DNA of 64,000 bases, from NCBI GenBank assembly GCA_964016885.1, contig OZ024742.1:327794001-327858000 (forward strand). The letters run 5' to 3'. How positions within the stretch are numbered: the first letter of the stretch is position 1; every line of letters starts with the position of its first letter. The notes beneath the pieces are model-generated. The model ran no database searches. It was not told the origin of the DNA and was given only the letters and a program-made list of their open reading frames with translations. Origin of the DNA: Eledone cirrhosa (lineage: Eukaryota). Of this stretch, positions 1-9,991 are shown one piece after another. The position numbers and the translations under genes are program-made.

Positions 1-626
1 ACTATGAATTAGGGAGCTGCGCTTTTTGTCCGCAAATCCAAGTTCAGTCATACTTTGGTCCAAGCGGGTTTGTATATAACCCGTAGCTCCAATAATGATG
101 GGTATGAAGCTAAAGGTGTATCTTGGATACTGGATTTGTAAACTCCTCATCAATGGTCCGTAGATGTCCTCCTTCTCCTGTATTTTTCTGACAACGTTTA
201 CACAAGTGGGCAGCTGATCTCCACAACAGAACACGTTTCCAATGTGAGGTCCCAAACAACAATATCAGGCCGATTGTGCTTTAATTTGGTGGCAGTTTTT
301 ATTTTCAGGTTCCACCAGTATTTCTTAGTGCCATCTGTCTCAATATATTCTTCCTCGTTTGTTGTTAATTTTGTTTTCCGAAGTGCGTTCCAGATGGTTC
401 TAGCTATCCCTTCGTGTCTCATGGGGAGGTAGTAGCGAGATGACATTCTTTCGCAGCTGGCAACAATGTGGCTTACATCCTCGATCTTTGTTTTACATAG
501 CCTACATTTATTGTCAGCTGCTGCCCTCCTCTTTTGTGCAGCAGATATTTGGTAGGGAGTTCTTGTTCCTGTATTGCATAGAGATATCCCTCAAGGTGTG
601 ATGTCATAAACTTGTCGGAACTCCAT
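1..626 (-). mobile_element. R4/Dong-like RLE non-LTR retrotransposon, 5'-truncated fragment (3' end outside window)
   Basis: Near-identical to 12.5-13.1 kb copy; encodes RH and RPDIVVWD/EISCP restriction-like endonuclease motifs; frameshifted; abuts (TATG)n. Confidence 0.88.
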
Positions 627-790
627 GTATGTATGTATGTATGTATGTATGTATGTATGTATGTATGTATGTATGTATGTATGTATGTATGTATGTATGT
701 ATGTATGTATGTATGTATGTGAGTATGTATGTATGCTTTTATGTATGTATGCATGTATGTATGTAAGTATGTATGTATGTATGTATGTAT
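626..790. repeat. (TATG)n microsatellite between retroelements
   Basis: Direct reading; similar tracts at 9244-9387, 9818-9991, 12250-12360, 14803-14990, 15608-15673, 49583-49627, 50227-50284. Confidence 0.97.
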
Positions 791-3054
791 GAAGGATCAG
801 TGGTGGAGTGAGAAGGCTGGTGAGATACAAACTGCGTCTGATTCCAATAACACAAAGCTGTTGTACAATCTCTTGCGTGAGGTTTATGGACCGTCTTCTT
901 CTCTGGTGACACCGCTTCGCAGCAAGGATGGCAAAGAACTTCTTCGTGACTCACAAGGAATTCTACGAAGGTGGCGAGAGCACTTTGATGATCTTTTGAA
1001 TCAGCCGTCTTTCGTCAGTGAAGATTTCCTCAATCTCATTCCAGAAAGTCCTGTGAAAGTAGCTCTTGCAGAACCTCCGACGCTTGTGGAGGTTGCAGTG
1101 GCTATTTCGAAGCTGAACAGTGGAATATCTCCAGGTATGGATGGCATACACGGTGAGCTCCTACAATATGGTGGTGAGAGACTCCTGCAATATCTTCACT
1201 CTTTGTTTGGCAGGATATGGGCTAATGAATCCGTACCTGAGGACAGGAGAGATGCAGTAATGGTGGTCTTGTACAAGGGAAAGGGTAACAGGAACTATTG
1301 TGGGAACTACAGAGGTATATCATTACTTTCTGTCGTAGGGAAAGTTTTATGTAGCGTGCTTCTGGACTGTCTGCTGACACACATTGCAGATTGTGTTCTT
1401 CCTGAAAGTCAATCTGGTTTTCGTGCTGGACGCGGCACTACTGATATGATCTTCTCAGCTAGACAGCTCCAGGAGAAGTGCATGGAACAAGGCTTGGATC
1501 TGTATCAGGTTTTTGTCGATCTGACAAAAGCTTTCGATACTGTTAACAGAGATGCATTATGGAAGGTTCTCCAGAAGCTTGGTTGCCCTGATAAGTTCCT
1601 TGCTTTAGTTTGGTCTTTCCATGACGACATGAAGGTTTGGGTTAATGTCGAGGGTAAGATGTCGGAGCCTATCTCAGTAAAAAATGGAGTGAAACAGGGG
1701 GATATTCCAGCACCGACCCTGTTTGCCATATACTTTGCAATGGTTTTCTGTATTGCATTCAGGAATTGCGAGCATGGTGTTTACATCCGATATCGAACCT
1801 CAGGCAGCATATTTAACATCAGGCGCTTTGCTGCGAAGACAAAAGTATTTACATCAATCATAAGAGACCTCTTGTATGCAGATGATTGCGATCTTGTAGC
1901 GCACACAGAGAGTGATATGCAGCACATTTTGAATGCATTTTCTGACGTTTGCACTGCCCTACGTCTGACTGTCAGTCTCAAAAAAACCGTCGTCATGTAC
2001 CAACCTGCCCCTGGTAAGCAGTACACTGAACCAAACATCTATGTGTATAGCAAACGAGTTGGAGTGGTTGATCAGTTTGTCTACCTGGGGAGCACTGTCA
2101 ATCGATACGGCAACCTTGACAGTGAAATCTCACTTAGGATTAGGAAAGCAAGTGATGCTTTCGGAAAGCTAGAAAGGCGACTCTGGGGTCGGCGAGACAT
2201 ATGCAGGAGGACAAAGGTAAGGGTGTACAGGGCATGTGTGCTCTCTTGTCTTCTTTATGCCTGCGAGACCTGGGTCACATATCGACACCACTTTAAGCAA
2301 CTGGAGCGTTTCCATCAGATGTGTCTCAGACGGATCCATGGCGTTCACTGGAGGGACCACATCAGTGATGTCGAGATTTTGGAGAGCTCTATGTGTGACA
2401 GTATAGAAGCTCTTGTGCTTAAGCAACGACTCCGTTGGAGTGGTCACCTTGCCAGGATGAAGGATTCTAGAATACCAAAACAACTCTTTTATGGAGAGTT
2501 GGTTAAAGGAAAACGACCGCCACATAAACCAAAAAAGAGGTATAAGGATTCCTTGAAAGCCTCTCTGAAAGACGCTAACATCTCTGCTGATACATGGGAG
2601 AATATTGCTGCTGATCGTAATAAATGGAGAAAGACTGTATATGAGGGAAAAGTTGCTTTGAGGCATCTCGAATCGCATACGAGAAAGTAAAGCGGGATGT
2701 GAGGAAGGGCATTGCTGTTGCACTTCCAGACGGCGAGGGTCCTCCTATGGTGCTGACATGCAGCGTATGTGCGAGACTCTGCCTAAGCAAAGCTGGACTC
2801 GAAAGTCATCTTCGCAGTCATAAAGTAAGACCAGTGGTTGACTACCAGGCTGCTGTTGGAGATGCTACTCATCATGCTTGCCAAACATGTGGTAGGGAAT
2901 GTAAATCAGCAGGAGGGCTCAAGCGACATGCAAAAGTACACGAACTCCAACCACAGCCGACTATTCCCAGTGAATGTTTTGTTTGCCGACTCTGTGCAAG
3001 ACATTTTAGATAATTGGCTGGGTTAAAAAGCCACATTCGATCGCAGTGCTGTTA
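788..3054 (+). pseudogene. RTE reverse transcriptase with C-terminal C2H2 fingers (frameshift ~2657, stop ~3011)
   Basis: Motifs NYRGISLL, PESQSGFR, FVDLTKAFD, GVKQG, LLYADD, LRWSGH; 1-nt deletion relative to the 50.6 kb copy separates ORF 729-2690 from zinc-finger ORF 2699-3013; N-terminal YVCM run is microsatellite. Confidence 0.9.
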
Positions 3055-3394
3055 GTTGCTATCGTGTGTGTGTGTGTGTGTAGATATGCTTATGTGTGTG
3101 CGTGTGTGTGTATATATATATGTATATGCATATTATTATTGTTGTTGTCGTTATTATTATTGTTGTTATTATTATTATTATTATTGACGAAAGTGGATGT
3201 ACGTTTTTTGAAGCTCCGTGAGTAAGCAATTTTTGAGGATTAATTGTAGAGAATTGTTTATTTTTTGTACCGCTGAAGCATTATAAGACATTAATTTGTA
3301 TCCTGTGAAGGAATAACTCATAATATTTGGGCCTTTTGGCCCAAATATTTGAACTTTATTTTGAAAAAAATAATAATTTTTTTCTCAAAAAAAC

Positions 3395-5305
3395 ATGGCG
3401 GAGCCACGCCCCCTAGAGGCGGGTCTGCTGTCGTGCAACGGCGACTTGAGCGTTGAGAGGAGAGGTGAGGCGAGGAGCGCCACCAGCACGAATGTGAGCA
3501 GCGACAGTGCCAGCACCAACGGGCCGAGCGGCGCGGAAGGTGGTAACAGCGACAACACCAACACCAACAAGCCGAACAGCGCAGAAGGTGGTAATAGCGA
3601 GAGCACCAACAAAACGAACAGCACAGAGAGTAATAGTAGCGACAGCAGCAGCACCAACAAGGCCAACAGCACAGAAGCTAACCACGACACAGGGGAGAAC
3701 AACAACAGCAATAGCAGCAGCAACACCAACAAGAACAACAACAGTGACAACACCAACAAGAACACTTTCGCTGCTGTGGCAGCGGCTAAAAGGAGACCAT
3801 GCTACAGCATCGACTTAACCAACAGAGAGGAAAAGTTGGCCCAGGCCTGGAAAATCATAAATCAAGAGCAGACCTGGGCAAACTTAACTGTCCCGGCAGA
3901 AGCCATTGAGGCAGTGGAAAAAAGAACGGTGCATTTCAGATGCATCTCAGTAGAGACAAAGAGGGCAGCGATAATCGCCCAAGCTGACATAGAAGCCGCA
4001 CTGAAATACATCAGAGAGGACACAGACTTCATAGAGAGGGGCAGGCAATACGGCACCGTTTCGGTGCTGTTCAAGTCTGAAGCCCTCGCTGTGAAGCATT
4101 CAATGACCCCTTGCAAAACCAGCAAGGTCATAATGTACCCCTCCCACATGGGAAAACGAATAGCACGTGTGCGCATTCCCAGGATTCCACCAGGACTTGA
4201 TATGTGGTGGCTCCTGGGTTGCGTAATCGTGGAAGGAACGGATACAGTCCCGGTAGAGGCAACGAGAACTGCCAGGGACGACTGGTCCGGGGTTGATCTG
4301 GAGATACTGCTCCAAATCAGACCCGAAAACGTAAAAACAATCCCGGACCACATCCGCCTCCAAAACGGGAGGGTGTTGCATATAATGACTGAGGGCAAAA
4401 GGCCGCATTGTTTCCTTTGTGGGGAAACGACACACTTGCGAGCCTTCTGCCCTCAACTGCCGAAAAGCGCAAGGGGTCGAAAGATTCCACTGCTGGCGAC
4501 GCCGGGACAAGGACCACCAGCAACACCGTCAACAATGGAACCACCAAAATTGCACACCCAGGGGGGAAACGAGGAAAGCTCTCCCATTCCCCCTCCCCCC
4601 CAAAATACACACACGAACAAGAACATAAACACTCACTCAGACACAAACACGCTCACAGCCACAGACCCCTCATCCTCCAGCAGTGAAGATGAGGGAAAAC
4701 CAAAGTCCCCCAAAATACAAAAAACAAAACACAAAAAAAAAAGAAATCCACAAAGCACAAACACCCCCACAAAAAAAAATACACACACCACCCACACAAA
4801 CATTTTCCCCACAGCATCACCAACACAACCACCACAATCCCCCAAACGCAAACAAGCTAAACAGACACAAGAACAAATAGACACACAAACATCAGAAACT
4901 ACAGACACCCCACCCACAACAAACGCAGACACAATAGAAACAACACTAACAAAGCTATCACCACCACAATCACACGAACAAATAAAACCCGAGCAACAAA
5001 ACATTAAAAACTTCGTGCTTGCCAGAAGGGCCAACAAGGAATTGATGGCCCATGTAGCACGAAGCACAAACATCGAAAAAGACGGGGAAACATTTGAAGC
5101 GAGCACATTTCGCGTACCAGATAATTTGCTTCTGATGCGAATGTCGCTCGCTTCATACAAAGAAATTCGAAAGAGCTTTCCTCGGGATGTGGGAACCCCG
5201 AACGTAAAACCCACGTCAAGACTATTAAAGGGGTTCCCAAAAGAAACCCCACAAACCATGGAGGTCGAACCACCCGACCTTCACAAGACCCCGGAAGGTA
5301 AGTAA
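3395..5305 (+). CDS. Tx1-type ORF1 (636 aa), gag-like zinc knuckle
   Basis: Open frame; CFLCGETTHLRAFC = CX2CX4HX4C; N/S/T-rich N-terminus, P/T/K-rich C-terminus; 29 bp upstream of ORF2. Confidence 0.88.
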   Translation: MAEPRPLEAGLLSCNGDLSVERRGEARSATSTNVSSDSASTNGPSGAEGGNSDNTNTNKPNSAEGGNSESTNKTNSTESNSSDSSSTNKANSTEANHDTGENNNSNSSSNTNKNNNSDNTNKNTFAAVAAAKRRPCYSIDLTNREEKLAQAWKIINQEQTWANLTVPAEAIEAVEKRTVHFRCISVETKRAAIIAQADIEAALKYIREDTDFIERGRQYGTVSVLFKSEALAVKHSMTPCKTSKVIMYPSHMGKRIARVRIPRIPPGLDMWWLLGCVIVEGTDTVPVEATRTARDDWSGVDLEILLQIRPENVKTIPDHIRLQNGRVLHIMTEGKRPHCFLCGETTHLRAFCPQLPKSARGRKIPLLATPGQGPPATPSTMEPPKLHTQGGNEESSPIPPPPQNTHTNKNINTHSDTNTLTATDPSSSSSEDEGKPKSPKIQKTKHKKKRNPQSTNTPTKKNTHTTHTNIFPTASPTQPPQSPKRKQAKQTQEQIDTQTSETTDTPPTTNADTIETTLTKLSPPQSHEQIKPEQQNIKNFVLARRANKELMAHVARSTNIEKDGETFEASTFRVPDNLLLMRMSLASYKEIRKSFPRDVGTPNVKPTSRLLKGFPKETPQTMEVEPPDLHKTPEGK

Positions 5306-5334
5306 ACCTTTCCTCTCCCATTCATCCTGCCAGC

Positions 5335-8300
5335 ATGGCCATAAGAGTAGGAAGTTTAAATGTTCGTGGCCTGGGGTCGCCCTGGAAGCAAGGTCACTTG
5401 CTCAACGACCTCAGGTCACTAGGAATGGATGTAATTGCCATCAGCGAGACCAGAATTTCCGACACACGCGCACTGGCGCCGATTTTCGACGATTATCAGA
5501 TCTTTGCATCTGTTAGTCGGCCGGGAATGGGAGGTGGAGTGGCTGTGCTGTTTAGGAAATGTCTGGATCTCGAGGTAAGGTCAATCTTCCGGGATCCTGA
5601 CGGAAAGTTGGTGGTCCTGGACGTGAGCAATAGCGAAGGTGGTGCCTTTAGACTGGTGGCCGTCTACGCCCCTACTGGGGCCGGTCGGCCGGACTTCTTT
5701 AGGCGCCTGGAAAACTTTCTGCTTACGTCTCGCCCTTTACTGTTAATAGGGGATTGGAATGGCATCTTAGAAGCACGCTGGGATTGTGTGGGAGTATCTG
5801 ATAGAAGCGGGGGGTGCAAAAGCCTCAAGTACCTGATCAGCCAGTTTCAACTGTCTGACAGGTACCGACTAGATTTCCCTAATGCGCCAGTATGGACCTG
5901 GACCAATCGCATAGGGTCATCTAGATCGTACATAGATAGGATTTTCATTAGGAAAAGAGATAGAAATAGTGTAGGATGTCCACATTTTAAAACGGTTGCC
6001 TATTCAGATCACAAGCTTGTGATCTGTATGGTCGACCTAGATAAGACACGTAGGTTAGGACCTAGCTACTGGAAGCTAAACATGTCGTTTCCGGCACGTA
6101 AAGCTTACAGGGACCGGGTCAACAACTTAGTTAAGCAAAAGTTGACAGGGAGGGTTGTCAACAACAGGTGGTGGGGGGCACTCAAAAGAGAGATTAGAGC
6201 AACCTCGATAGGATTTAGCAAAGAAGTAGCAATAGAGAAAAATAGAAAGGAGGAGGGGCTGATAGCTAAGTTAGACGAGGCTATTTGTAGTGGCATTGCA
6301 ACAGACGTGCTAGCGGCGAGAATGGCACTAGACCATTTCTTCAATGCGAAACACGAAGGTTGCATTGTCAGAGCTAAGGCGCGTGCTCTGAGGAACGAGG
6401 GAACCAAAGCTGCCCGATGGGCTCGCTTTGCAGAGACGCAGCGTGGAAATAAAACCACAATTCGGTCTTTGACGGATCGAGATGGACACGAACTGAGCGA
6501 TTCCAAGCAGATGTGTGAGGCCTTTCGCCAGCACTTTGCTCGATTGTTCGGGAGGATGGGTGAGTCGGAGACGGCGGCGGACTTCAGTCCCTACCTCGAC
6601 GGCTTGCCACGCCTCTCGACGGCCGACGCTGAGCGCTGCGAAGAGCCGATAACATCAGCCGAAATTCAGGACGCCCTTGTCGGCTGCTCGAGTCGCAAGT
6701 CACCCGGTTTGGATGGTCTGCCCTACGAGCTTTACGTAAATATGCCAGACTTGTTCTCCGATCTCCTCGAAGCGCTCTACTGCAACTGGCAGCAGAACGG
6801 GAGCATTCCCAGTTCTGTGAGCCGTGGCGTAGTGACGCTGATAAGGAAAGACGAGAACAAGAGGGACACACTAGATAATTTCAGGCCCATAACCCTGCTC
6901 AACACAGAGTTTAAGATTTTGGCCAAGGTGTTAGCGAAAAGGTTGGCGCTTGTCGTCAAAGATTTGGTTGGGGAGGCGCAAACTTGCGCAATCCCGACCA
7001 GGTCCATACACGACAACCTCCACCTCATGCGATACATCATAGAGAGGGTTGGGTGCAAACCTGGCTTCGGTGGGGCTCTGATCAATTTAGATCAATCGAA
7101 AGCATTCGATAGGGTCGACCATCGGTACTTGGAGGCTGTCCTCGAGGCGGCTGGCTTCGGCCCCGTCTTCAGAAGCTGGATCGCTGCAATGTACAGCGGC
7201 ATCCGCTCGGTGGTCAAAGTTAATGGCCACCTCTCGGAACCGTTTCAGATCTCTCGATCGGTCCGTCAAGGGTGCCCTCTCTCCTCACTTCTGTACGTAT
7301 TGACTCTTGAGCCTCTACTGCGGAAGCTGGAGTTGTTGCAGGGCATCCCGCTCGAACCGGGACGTAGAAAGGCTGCGTCCGCTTATGCGGACGACATCAC
7401 CGTGATGGTGTCGGACACCTCGGAAATCGAGGTGATCCGCACCCATTTGGAGGAATATGAAAGGTTGACGGGAGCAAAACTTAACCCGGGAAAGTCGGTG
7501 GGCTTGCAGCTCGGCACCTGGAGAGGCAAGTCCATGCCGTCCAACAGCGTCGTTGGGCGCTGGACAGACGGACCGGTAAAGTTGCTCGGGGTTTGGTTCG
7601 GACCAGACCTCCAGGTGGATAAGAATTGGGACGAGGTGACGAGCAGGATAGCCAACCTCACCCAGAAATGGGCTGAGAGAAAGCTATCACTGAAAGGGCG
7701 GGCGGAGGTGGCGAACGCGTACATCGCGTCCGTCATCTACTACCGCCTGACCGTCGTGCCTTGCCCCCGTCCACGCCTCGCCAATTTGGAACGGCTCCTT
7801 TTCAAATTTTTGTGGAGGGGACGGGTCCCGTTGGTGAGGCGGTCCATCTGCTGCCAGCACCCTCTTCGTGGAGGGCTGGGCATGCCGTGGCTAATGATGC
7901 GCAGACATGCGCTGAGGCTGCGACATCTCCAGATATTTTGCCTAAACGGTGAACAGGTGTGGTCGCCGTTTGTTAGACGGGCCTTTCCGCAGCTCATCTC
8001 TTTGACTGAGCTGCAGTCCTGGGTCAAGAAGAGACCGAGACTGGGCGACTGGCATCTGGAATGTTGCCAGGCGCTCACTGCACTCTGCAAGGTGGGCAAT
8101 GCGGTCAGTGGAACTTCCACTCAAGATTTCTATAGAGGATTAGTGGAGGGCAAGTGCGATGACGTACTAGGAGAGGCTCTGGGCGTCAACGAAGTAGAAC
8201 TGACCAGTATGTTCCGGAGGACTTTCGAGCCGGGGACGATGGATAACTTCCAGAAATCCCTCGCTTGGCAGTGCTACCGGGGGGCGCTGCCGGTTCGGGA

Positions 8301-8754
8301 TAAACTCTACAGGCACGGAAGTGCTGTCAGACGAACCTGCCCGAGATGCGCGCAGAGCGACGAAACCGTTCTGCACGCACTCGTCCAGTGTCCGTGCATT
8401 GCTGACTTGTGGGGTTATGTCGAACAGCTATTGTCGCGTGTAGAACGGATCCGGCTATCGTCCGAGTCCATAGTGAAGATTGACCCGCCGCCTTCTTTTG
8501 GTCAGGAAGGGCAGGCAATTTTCCTCTGCCTGGTGGCAGTAGCGAAAGAGGTTGCATGGTGGACCAGGTTGAAAGGACTGAAGACAGACACTTTTCTCTT
8601 CGGCCAATCCCTCGTCAACTTCTTCAAGTTTCACTTGGAAAGGAAGGTGAGGGTGGAGAGAGAAGTGCTGCCCCCCAGTACATTTACTGAAAGGTGGGTG
8701 AATGTGGCGAGAATGGCCCGTGTGAGTGGGCCTACTCTGATCATGCGCCTGTAG
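5335..8754 (+). CDS. Tx1/L1 ORF2 (1139 aa): AP endonuclease + reverse transcriptase + CCHC finger
   Basis: SLNVRG, SET, VYAP, GDWN, SYIDR, SDH (APE); SPGLDG, FRPITLLN, DQSKAFD, VRQGCPLS, YADD (RT); CPRC..ETVLHALVQC. Confidence 0.95.
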   Translation: MAIRVGSLNVRGLGSPWKQGHLLNDLRSLGMDVIAISETRISDTRALAPIFDDYQIFASVSRPGMGGGVAVLFRKCLDLEVRSIFRDPDGKLVVLDVSNSEGGAFRLVAVYAPTGAGRPDFFRRLENFLLTSRPLLLIGDWNGILEARWDCVGVSDRSGGCKSLKYLISQFQLSDRYRLDFPNAPVWTWTNRIGSSRSYIDRIFIRKRDRNSVGCPHFKTVAYSDHKLVICMVDLDKTRRLGPSYWKLNMSFPARKAYRDRVNNLVKQKLTGRVVNNRWWGALKREIRATSIGFSKEVAIEKNRKEEGLIAKLDEAICSGIATDVLAARMALDHFFNAKHEGCIVRAKARALRNEGTKAARWARFAETQRGNKTTIRSLTDRDGHELSDSKQMCEAFRQHFARLFGRMGESETAADFSPYLDGLPRLSTADAERCEEPITSAEIQDALVGCSSRKSPGLDGLPYELYVNMPDLFSDLLEALYCNWQQNGSIPSSVSRGVVTLIRKDENKRDTLDNFRPITLLNTEFKILAKVLAKRLALVVKDLVGEAQTCAIPTRSIHDNLHLMRYIIERVGCKPGFGGALINLDQSKAFDRVDHRYLEAVLEAAGFGPVFRSWIAAMYSGIRSVVKVNGHLSEPFQISRSVRQGCPLSSLLYVLTLEPLLRKLELLQGIPLEPGRRKAASAYADDITVMVSDTSEIEVIRTHLEEYERLTGAKLNPGKSVGLQLGTWRGKSMPSNSVVGRWTDGPVKLLGVWFGPDLQVDKNWDEVTSRIANLTQKWAERKLSLKGRAEVANAYIASVIYYRLTVVPCPRPRLANLERLLFKFLWRGRVPLVRRSICCQHPLRGGLGMPWLMMRRHALRLRHLQIFCLNGEQVWSPFVRRAFPQLISLTELQSWVKKRPRLGDWHLECCQALTALCKVGNAVSGTSTQDFYRGLVEGKCDDVLGEALGVNEVELTSMFRRTFEPGTMDNFQKSLAWQCYRGALPVRDKLYRHGSAVRRTCPRCAQSDETVLHALVQCPCIADLWGYVEQLLSRVERIRLSSESIVKIDPPPSFGQEGQAIFLCLVAVAKEVAWWTRLKGLKTDTFLFGQSLVNFFKFHLERKVRVEREVLPPSTFTERWVNVARMARVSGPTLIMRL

Positions 8755-9387
8755 GCTGGTGAATTCGAGAAGGAGAGGGGTGCCCTTCCCGGGTGCCCTA
8801 GGAGCGTCGGGTGGCTCAGGACTGGTGGGGTGCTTGAGTCAACCCTGGGTGGTGATCCCTCTTATTGGGGAACTTTCATTGTTGTATTTTGATTGTTATT
8901 TTGTTTTTTGTTATTTATACTTACTCGATCTCTATGTAAACCCCCACTGTCCCTGTCTATTGTGTTGTCCCCTATATGTCGGCCCTTGTGGCCAATAAAT
9001 GAAATCATTATTATTATTATTATTGTTGTTATTAATGTATGTGTGTGTATATGTGTGTGTGAGTGTGTGTGTGTGGGTGTGTGTGTATGTGTGTGTGTAT
9101 GTATATATATATATATATATATTTCTTTTTATTTTATTTTATTATTTTTTATTTTTATTTATTTATTATTATTATTTTTTTTTTTTCTTTCTCCTCGTGC
9201 AATGGCCATACTCGATAACGAGGGGGCAGCCATCATCATGCAGGTATGTATGTATGTATGTATGTATGTATGTATGTATGTATGTATGTATGTATGTATG
9301 TATGTATGCTTGTATGTATGTATGCATGTATGTATGCATGGTATGTATGTATGTATGTATGTATGTATGTATGTATGTATGTATGTA

Positions 9388-9818
9388 TTCTAGGAGAAGG
9401 AAAACTCCGGGAGAGATGACCCCTTAGCCTTTGTCAAGGCAGAATTCTAGGAGAAGGAATACTCTGATATAACACCTGCAACTCTGATGGTATCCAATGA
9501 TGTTGACTTGTTCTTCTTTTTGGTAAATATCATCTTGGTTAAGAGAGTGGGACTGGCTTTGTGCAGTGCCTTTGCTCATTATAAAAGCTTCACGGCACAG
9601 GCATTGCTTTATATCTGGAGATCTCTCTGCACTTGTCATCACATGGTGCCATGGGCCCAGCACTATGTGTCAATAATTGTTACAGGTGTAGTGTTTGTAC
9701 CAGAGTTTTCATGTCGCAGGCTGGACTAAAAAGTCACACTCGTTCAGCGCATCGGTAGGGGTTCTCCTACTAGATGTAAAGTAGTGGCCGTACTCGAAAA
9801 CGAGTTGGCAGCCACCAT
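9388..9818 (+). mobile_element. Non-coding RTE-related element family A, 5'-truncated
   Basis: Matches 3' two-thirds of 14992-15604; ends TACTCGAAAACGAGTTGGCAGCCACCAT + (GTAT)n. Confidence 0.85.
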
Positions 9819-9831
9819 GTATGTATGTATG

Positions 9832-9862
<31 letters not shown>

Positions 9863-9991
9863 GTATGCATGTATGTATGCATGTATGTATGCATGTATGA
9901 ATGTATGTATGTATGTAAGTATGTGTGTATGTATGTATGTAAGTATGTATGTATATATGTAAGTATGTATGTATGCATATATGTATGTATG

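Larger units (their letters stand above)
3186..9006 (+). mobile_element. Full-length Tx1/L1-group LINE
   Basis: 5'UTR, ORF1, ORF2, 3'UTR ending AATAAATGAAATC; (ATT)6 on both sides (3168-3185, 9007-9024). Confidence 0.92.
788..9240 (+). mobile_element. RTE-clade LINE, 5'-truncated, 3'UTR interrupted by a Tx1 insertion (3186-9006)
   Basis: RT ORF; 3'UTR matches copy at 51.0-51.26 kb on both sides of the Tx1; ends GGCCATACTCGATAACGAGGGGGCAGCCATCAT then GTAT tail. Confidence 0.9.

Noticed and set aside
3385-8557. Antisense and alternate-frame ORFs over Tx1, RTE, CR1 and PLE
   Set aside because: Shadows of GC-rich or low-complexity coding sequence; no motifs.
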